Assembly (NCBI GenBank): GCA_963768415.1
Contig: CAVYHX010000006.1
Coordinates: forward strand, 41 to 64,040
From: an uncultured Gammaproteobacteria bacterium
GTDB lineage: Bacteria > Pseudomonadota > Gammaproteobacteria > UBA9214
Direction of reading: 5' to 3'
Length of the DNA stretch: 64,000 nucleotides
Positions 59,631 through 64,000 of this stretch are shown here, one piece after another. The notes under the pieces were generated by a model, which was not told the origin of the DNA, ran no database searches, and was given only the letters and a program-made list of their open reading frames with translations. Position 1 is the first letter of the stretch, and the number at the start of each line of letters is the position of its first letter. Position numbers and translations under genes: made by a program.

Positions 59631-61001
59631 ATGGCCAAAGTCAAGTCTGTCTACGCCTGCAATGTCTGCGGAGCACAGTCCCCGCAATGGGCCGGCCGGT
59701 GCGGGGACTGCGGTGCCTGGAACACGCTCGCCGAGGTGCTATCCACAACCACGCCTGCATCCGGTCGTTTCGCCGCTTACAGCGGAGAGAGCGGCAGCGC
59801 CATAACCCGTCTTTCCGCTGTCGAGTCGGGCACCCAGTCACGCTCATCTGTCGGGCTGCAGGAGCTTGACCGGGTCCTGGGCGGGGGCCTGGTAACCGGC
59901 TCGGTGGTGTTGATTGGCGGTGACCCGGGGATCGGCAAATCCACCTTGCTGCTGCAAGTACTCTCTACCCTGTCGGCTGACTTGTCATCCCTGTATGTCA
60001 CGGGCGAGGAATCGCCCGAACAGATTTCATTGCGTGCCAGGCGCATTGGCATACGCGGCGATGATGTCCGCTTGCTCTCCGAGACCTCGGTCGAGAGGAT
60101 TATTGCCACTGCACGTCGCGAAAAGCCCCGGGTGATGGTGCTGGATTCTATCCAGACGCTGTACACCGATGCCCTGCAATCAGCACCGGGGTCGGTTGCC
60201 CAGGTAAGGGAAAGTGCGGCGCAACTGGTGCGTTTTGCCAAGCAATCAGGTACTGCCATGTTTCTGGTGGGGCATGTGACCAAGGAAGGTACGCTCGCCG
60301 GTCCCCGGGTTCTCGAGCACATGGTCGATACCGTTCTCTATTTTGAAGGTGACCCCGGTGACCGTTACCGGATCCTGCGGGCCATCAAGAACCGCTTTGG
60401 TGCAGTGAATGAACTGGGTGTGTTCGCGATGACTGAAACGGGACTGAAGGAAGTACACAATCCCTCAGCCATCTTTCTGTCCCGTCACGAAACGCAGGTC
60501 GCCGGCAGTGTGGTCATGGTGACCTGGGAAGGGACGCGGCCGTTACTGGTTGAGGTGCAGGCGCTTGTGGACCAGAGCCAGCTGGGTAATCCACGCCGCG
60601 TGACGCTGGGACTGGAACAGAACCGGTTGTCCATGCTGCTGGCTGTGCTGCACCGCCATGGTGGACTGGCGCTGGGCGATCAGGATGTCTTTGTCAACGT
60701 GGTCGGCGGCGTGCGGGTCAGTGAAACGGCCGCCGATCTGGCCGTGTTACTGGCAGTCATGTCCAGTTTCCGCAACCGGCCCTTGCCCGGAGATCTGGTG
60801 GTGTTCGGCGAGATCGGCCTGTCGGGTGAATTGCGGCCGGTACCCAATGGCCAGGAGCGCCTGCATGAAGCCGCCAAGCATGGTTTTCACCGTGCCATTA
60901 TCCCGGTAGCGAATAAACCGAAACACGCACTTGACGGGATGGATGTGACGGCGGTCGGGCTGCTGTCACAGGTACTGGAAAAGGTTTCGGAAGGTTTTTG
61001 A
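59631..61001 (+). CDS. radA: DNA repair protein RadA
   Basis: MAKVKSVYACNVCGAQSPQWAGRCGDCGAWNTL is the zinc finger. The Walker A motif GDPGIGKSTLLLQ, KNRFG and a Lon-like C-terminal domain are present. The ATG at 59631 lies inside ORF 59556..61001. Confidence 0.93.
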   Translation: MAKVKSVYACNVCGAQSPQWAGRCGDCGAWNTLAEVLSTTTPASGRFAAYSGESGSAITRLSAVESGTQSRSSVGLQELDRVLGGGLVTGSVVLIGGDPGIGKSTLLLQVLSTLSADLSSLYVTGEESPEQISLRARRIGIRGDDVRLLSETSVERIIATARREKPRVMVLDSIQTLYTDALQSAPGSVAQVRESAAQLVRFAKQSGTAMFLVGHVTKEGTLAGPRVLEHMVDTVLYFEGDPGDRYRILRAIKNRFGAVNELGVFAMTETGLKEVHNPSAIFLSRHETQVAGSVVMVTWEGTRPLLVEVQALVDQSQLGNPRRVTLGLEQNRLSMLLAVLHRHGGLALGDQDVFVNVVGGVRVSETAADLAVLLAVMSSFRNRPLPGDLVVFGEIGLSGELRPVPNGQERLHEAAKHGFHRAIIPVANKPKHALDGMDVTAVGLLSQVLEKVSEGF

Positions 61002-61027
61002 ACGATCCCGTATTGCTGATTGGTGAC

Positions 61028-61487
61028 CTGCCTGTAGGAGCACCCGATTAAGCGCCGGGTGTAAACGCCGTCCACCGGCGCGATGAATTGGGACACAATC
61101 GCGGCCAGGAGGCCGCTCCTGCAGGGTAATAGGAACACCTGCAGGAGCACCCGATTAAGCGCCGGGTGTAAACGCTGCCCTTCAGCGCGATGGATTGGGA
61201 CACTCCTGCAGGTTGGTTAATTCACCTGTAGGAGCGCTGCCCTTCAGCGCGATTGTTTGCTGAAACCATCGCGGCCAGGAGGCCGCTCCTGCAGGGTAAT
61301 AGAAACACCTGTAGGAGCGCCGTCCTTCGGCGCGATGGTTTGGGACGCAATCGCGGCCAGGAGGCCGCTCCTACAGGGTAATAGAAACACCTGTAGGAGC
61401 ACCCGATTAAGCGCCGGGTGTAAACGCCGTCCTTCGGCGCGATGGTTTGGGACACAATCGCGGCCAGGAGGCCGCTCCTACAGGTGG
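61028..61487. repeat. REP family 1 tandem array (five units, one with an internally deleted B arm), same orientation as 58968-59553
   Basis: Unit starts lie at about 61031 (long), 61139 (long, truncated), 61225 (short), 61308 (short) and 61390 (long). The array ends in gctcctacagg, which overlaps the msrB stop codon. Confidence 0.85.
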
Positions 61488-61888
61488 GACTCCGATTCCT
61501 TGTCCAGGTCCAGCGCTACGGAATTAATGCAATAGCGCTGGCCGGTCGGGGCGGGGCCGTCTTCGAAGACATGCCCGAGGTGGGCGCCGCAACGGTGACA
61601 CATCACCTCGGTGCGGACCATTCCGTGGTTCGTGTCTGTTTCTGTGCGTATGTTCGCGGTGCCGTGCGCGCGCACGAAACTGGGCCAGCCGCTGCCGGAG
61701 TCGAACTTGTCGCTGGAATGAAACAGCTCGGCCCCGCAGCACACACAAAGGTAGGTGCCGGTTTCCTTGCAGTCGTTGTATTTTCCGGTAAACGGGCGCT
61801 CCGTCCCCTTGCGGCGGGTAACATCATATTGTTCAGGTGTTAACAGGTTGCGCCATTCAGCATCGGTCTTCTCGCTTTCGTCACTCAT
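61478..61888 (-). CDS. msrB: peptide-methionine (R)-S-oxide reductase MsrB
   Basis: [37 protein letters not shown], two CxxC pairs (CVCCGAELF and [12 protein letters not shown]) and GxRYCINS are present. The ATG at 61888 lies inside ORF 61478..62047. Confidence 0.9.
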   Translation of the reverse strand: MSDESEKTDAEWRNLLTPEQYDVTRRKGTERPFTGKYNDCKETGTYLCVCCGAELFHSSDKFDSGSGWPSFVRAHGTANIRTETDTNHGMVRTEVMCHRCGAHLGHVFEDGPAPTGQRYCINSVALDLDKESESHL

Positions 61889-62153
61889 GATCACTCCCGC
61901 GGTCTGCGCCGGTGTAGATGCGCGGCGTATTGTGTTGCAGCTTGTCGAGATATTCCCTGGCAGTGGCAATTCCAACCTCGGCCTCCGCGCGTGCCTGCAG
62001 GTCGGGATTGGTTTGCGCTTCCTGTTCAGCCCACTGCAGAAATTCACTGACCGCTGTCACTTGCTGGTCTGCGGGTAGAGACTGCAGGTAATCGCTGGGA
62101 CGCGCCCTGACCCGGTTAGCTTCTATGACTTCAAGATTGAACAGGAGTTTCAC
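61881..62153 (-). CDS. hypothetical 90-aa protein, translationally coupled on both sides
   Basis: The GTG start overlaps the upstream stop (GTGA), and the 3' end overlaps the msrB start by 8 nt. I recognise no motif. Coding status is inferred from this coupling only. Confidence 0.45.
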   Translation of the reverse strand: MKLLFNLEVIEANRVRARPSDYLQSLPADQQVTAVSEFLQWAEQEAQTNPDLQARAEAEVGIATAREYLDKLQHNTPRIYTGADRGSDHE

Positions 62154-63449
62154 TGGCCGGACTCGTCCATCCCGGTTTCGGCTGCAGCTTCCAGCGCCGG
62201 ATGAATGCGCACGCTCTTGACCATATTGTCTTTTATTTCCATGATTTCGACAGGGTGGTTGTCGAGTAACAGGCTGGTCCCGGCTTCCGGGATCATTTCC
62301 AGGTACTCGGTAATCAGGCCGTTCAGTGTCTTGGGCCCATCGGTTGAGAGTGTAATCTTCAATGCGGAATTCAGGGTGCGGATATTGATGGAGCCGTCAA
62401 CTATCCAGCTGCCATCATCCTGGGGCATGATGTCCTCTATCTGGTCCGCCGGATCCGATGTGAACTCACCCACGATTTCTTCCAGTATGTCTTCTACTGT
62501 CACCAGCCCCTGGATATCACCGTATTCGTCAACAGCAAAGCCGATCCGGCGGCGTTCGCGCTGGAAATTCAGCAGCTGTCGATTGAGTGATGTGGTTACC
62601 GGAATGAAATAGGGATCACGGGCAATGCGGCGCAGTGCAATTGCATCGAGTTCATCCCGGTAAAGCAGTGGCAGGACATTGCGCATATGCAGTATACCGA
62701 TGACCTGGTCTATATTTTCACGATAGAGCGGCAGACGGGTGTACTGGCTGCCGGACAGGGCTTCACGGGTGACTTCCCAGTCAGCATCGATATCGATTCC
62801 ATAAATTTCATTGCGTGGCACCATGATATCCTCGACGGTGACCTTTTCCAGGTCCATCAGGTTCAGGAGCATGGACTGATGCCGCTTGGGTATCATGGCG
62901 CCGGCTTCCATTACCACAGTGCGTAGTTCCTCGTGCGTCAGTGCCTGTCCGCGATGGTCCTCGGTTGACACGCCGAACAGTTTAAGCAGTGTGTTTGCCA
63001 CTGCATTGATTACCCAGACTAACGGGTAAAGTAATTTCAGCAGGGGGGTATAAACATACGCGGCCGGAAACGCGATGCGTTCCGGGTGCAGTGCCGCGAG
63101 TGTTTTCGGTGTAACCTCGGCAAATAGCAGAATTACTATGGTTAAAATCAGTCCGGCGACAAATATAAAACCGGCGTCGTTGTAGATGCGCAGGGCGATC
63201 AATGTCATCAGGATCGAGGCGAGCACATTGACAAAGTTGTTGCCAAGCAGAATCAGGCCGATCAGGCGGTCCTGGCGTTGCAGCAGTTTCTGCGCCCTGC
63301 ATTGCCCCGGGGTGCTGCTTGTCAGCGAGATGACGCAGGCGATAACGATTCAATGTCATCAGGCCGGTTTCAGAGCCGGAAAAGAAAGCAGAAAAAAGGA
63401 TCAGGAAAAAGAGCGTGACGAACAGTACGCTCAGGGAGATGTCGTCCAA
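62150..63449 (-). pseudogene. CNNM/CorC-HlyC family transporter (DUF21, CBS pair and CorC_HlyC) with one frame break near 63297
   Basis: The N-terminus MDDISLSVLFVTLFFLILFSAFFSGSETGLMTLNRYRLRHLADKQHPGA is in ORF 62982..63449. RAQKLLQRQDRLIGLILLGNNFVNVLASILMT..., the CBS domains and the CorC_HlyC tail are in ORF 62150..63226. Confidence 0.85.
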
Positions 63450-63529
63450 TCAGGGACAGCCTCTGGTTGATTAACGAAGGGCTAGTTTACGGGAAAACAG
63501 CCTGCATGTCAGGCCGGTAGCCTGCCAGC

Positions 63530-64000
63530 TCAGCGTTCGAGTATGAGTTCCAGCACAAATTTACTGCCAAAATAGGCCAGCATCAGAAAAATAAAACCAC
63601 CGATCGTCCAGCGTATCGCCACCCGCCCGCGCCAGCCGAAGCGCCAGCGGCCCCAGAGGAGTACCGCGAAGACCAGCCAGGCGGCAATGGACAGTACGGT
63701 CTTGTGTACCAGGTGTTGCGCGAAGATATCTTCCAGGAACAATACACCGGTGACCAGGCTCAGTGTCAGCAGGGCGAAGCCAATGCCGATCATCTGGAAC
63801 AACAGGACTTCCATGGTTTGCAACGGTGGCAGGGAGCGGATAAAACCGCCCGGATGGCGGTTACGCAAATGGTTGTCCTGGATGGCGAGCAGCACCGCCT
63901 GGAGTGCGGCCAGCCCGAGGGTACTGTAGGCAAGCAGTGAGAGCAGAATATGGGTGTCGAGTTGCCAGGAGGCGGCGGCACTGGTGACGATATGCTGTTC
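63530..64000 (-). CDS. ypjD: cytochrome c assembly family inner-membrane protein (YpjD/CcsA-like), 5' end outside window
   Basis: The frame is open on the minus strand from the window end to the stop at 63530. The product is a polytopic hydrophobic protein (…LLFQMIGIGFALLTLSLVTGVLFLEDIF…HKTVLSIAAWLVFAVLLWGR). Adjacency to a CorC-like gene mirrors ypjD-yfjD in E. coli. Confidence 0.65.
   Translation of the reverse strand, partial: EQHIVTSAAASWQLDTHILLSLLAYSTLGLAALQAVLLAIQDNHLRNRHPGGFIRSLPPLQTMEVLLFQMIGIGFALLTLSLVTGVLFLEDIFAQHLVHKTVLSIAAWLVFAVLLWGRWRFGWRGRVAIRWTIGGFIFLMLAYFGSKFVLELILER

Noticed and set aside
58951-61487. radA as an integron-like gene cassette flanked by attC-like imperfect palindromes.
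   Set aside because: No intI or attI is present. The flanks are multi-unit REP arrays of a family that is also found at ordinary intergenic sites, and radA is a core gene in its usual alr/dnaB neighbourhood.

Overview
GC-rich chromosomal backbone with gammaproteobacterial gene order. I count about 62 protein genes plus one tRNA-Leu. Almost all are conserved housekeeping genes in familiar syntenic blocks: dnaX-ybaB-recR; rsgA and orn; glcDEF; iscR-iscS-iscA-hscB-hscA-fdx-iscX; ndk-rlmN-pilW-rodZ-hisS-yfgM-bamB-der; rsmI with lpoA-yraN-diaA-dolP; queG with nnr-tsaE-amiB-mutL-miaA-hfq-hflX-hflK-hflC-yjeT-hisZ-purA; rnr-rlmB; rpsF-rpsR-rplI-dnaB-alr-radA; and msrB, a CorC-like gene and ypjD. I found no transposase, integrase, phage gene, CRISPR-Cas, toxin-antitoxin pair or recognisable defence gene, so I cannot support a claim of a novel protein-coding system here. 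Five things are unusual. (1) A genome-specific REP/BIME-like family of paired GC-rich hairpins occurs at five loci, three of them tandem arrays. It has an optional ~25-nt nested hairpin module, and two near-identical arrays bracket radA. (2) At least 23 reading-frame breaks fall in 12 conserved genes, and they are strongly biased toward single extra bases. This argues for base-calling or assembly error rather than natural decay, but it must be checked. (3) Two genes expected from conserved synteny are missing: iscU, and ispG together with the RodZ C-terminal half. (4) A malyl-CoA lyase / malate thiokinase module (mcl-mtkAB) sits between iscX and ndk, about 6.6 kb from glcDEF. (5) The DnaX fragment at the window start has a non-DnaX-like N-terminal segment. 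All coordinates, frames and motif matches were worked out by eye from the sequence and ORF track; no database search was run.
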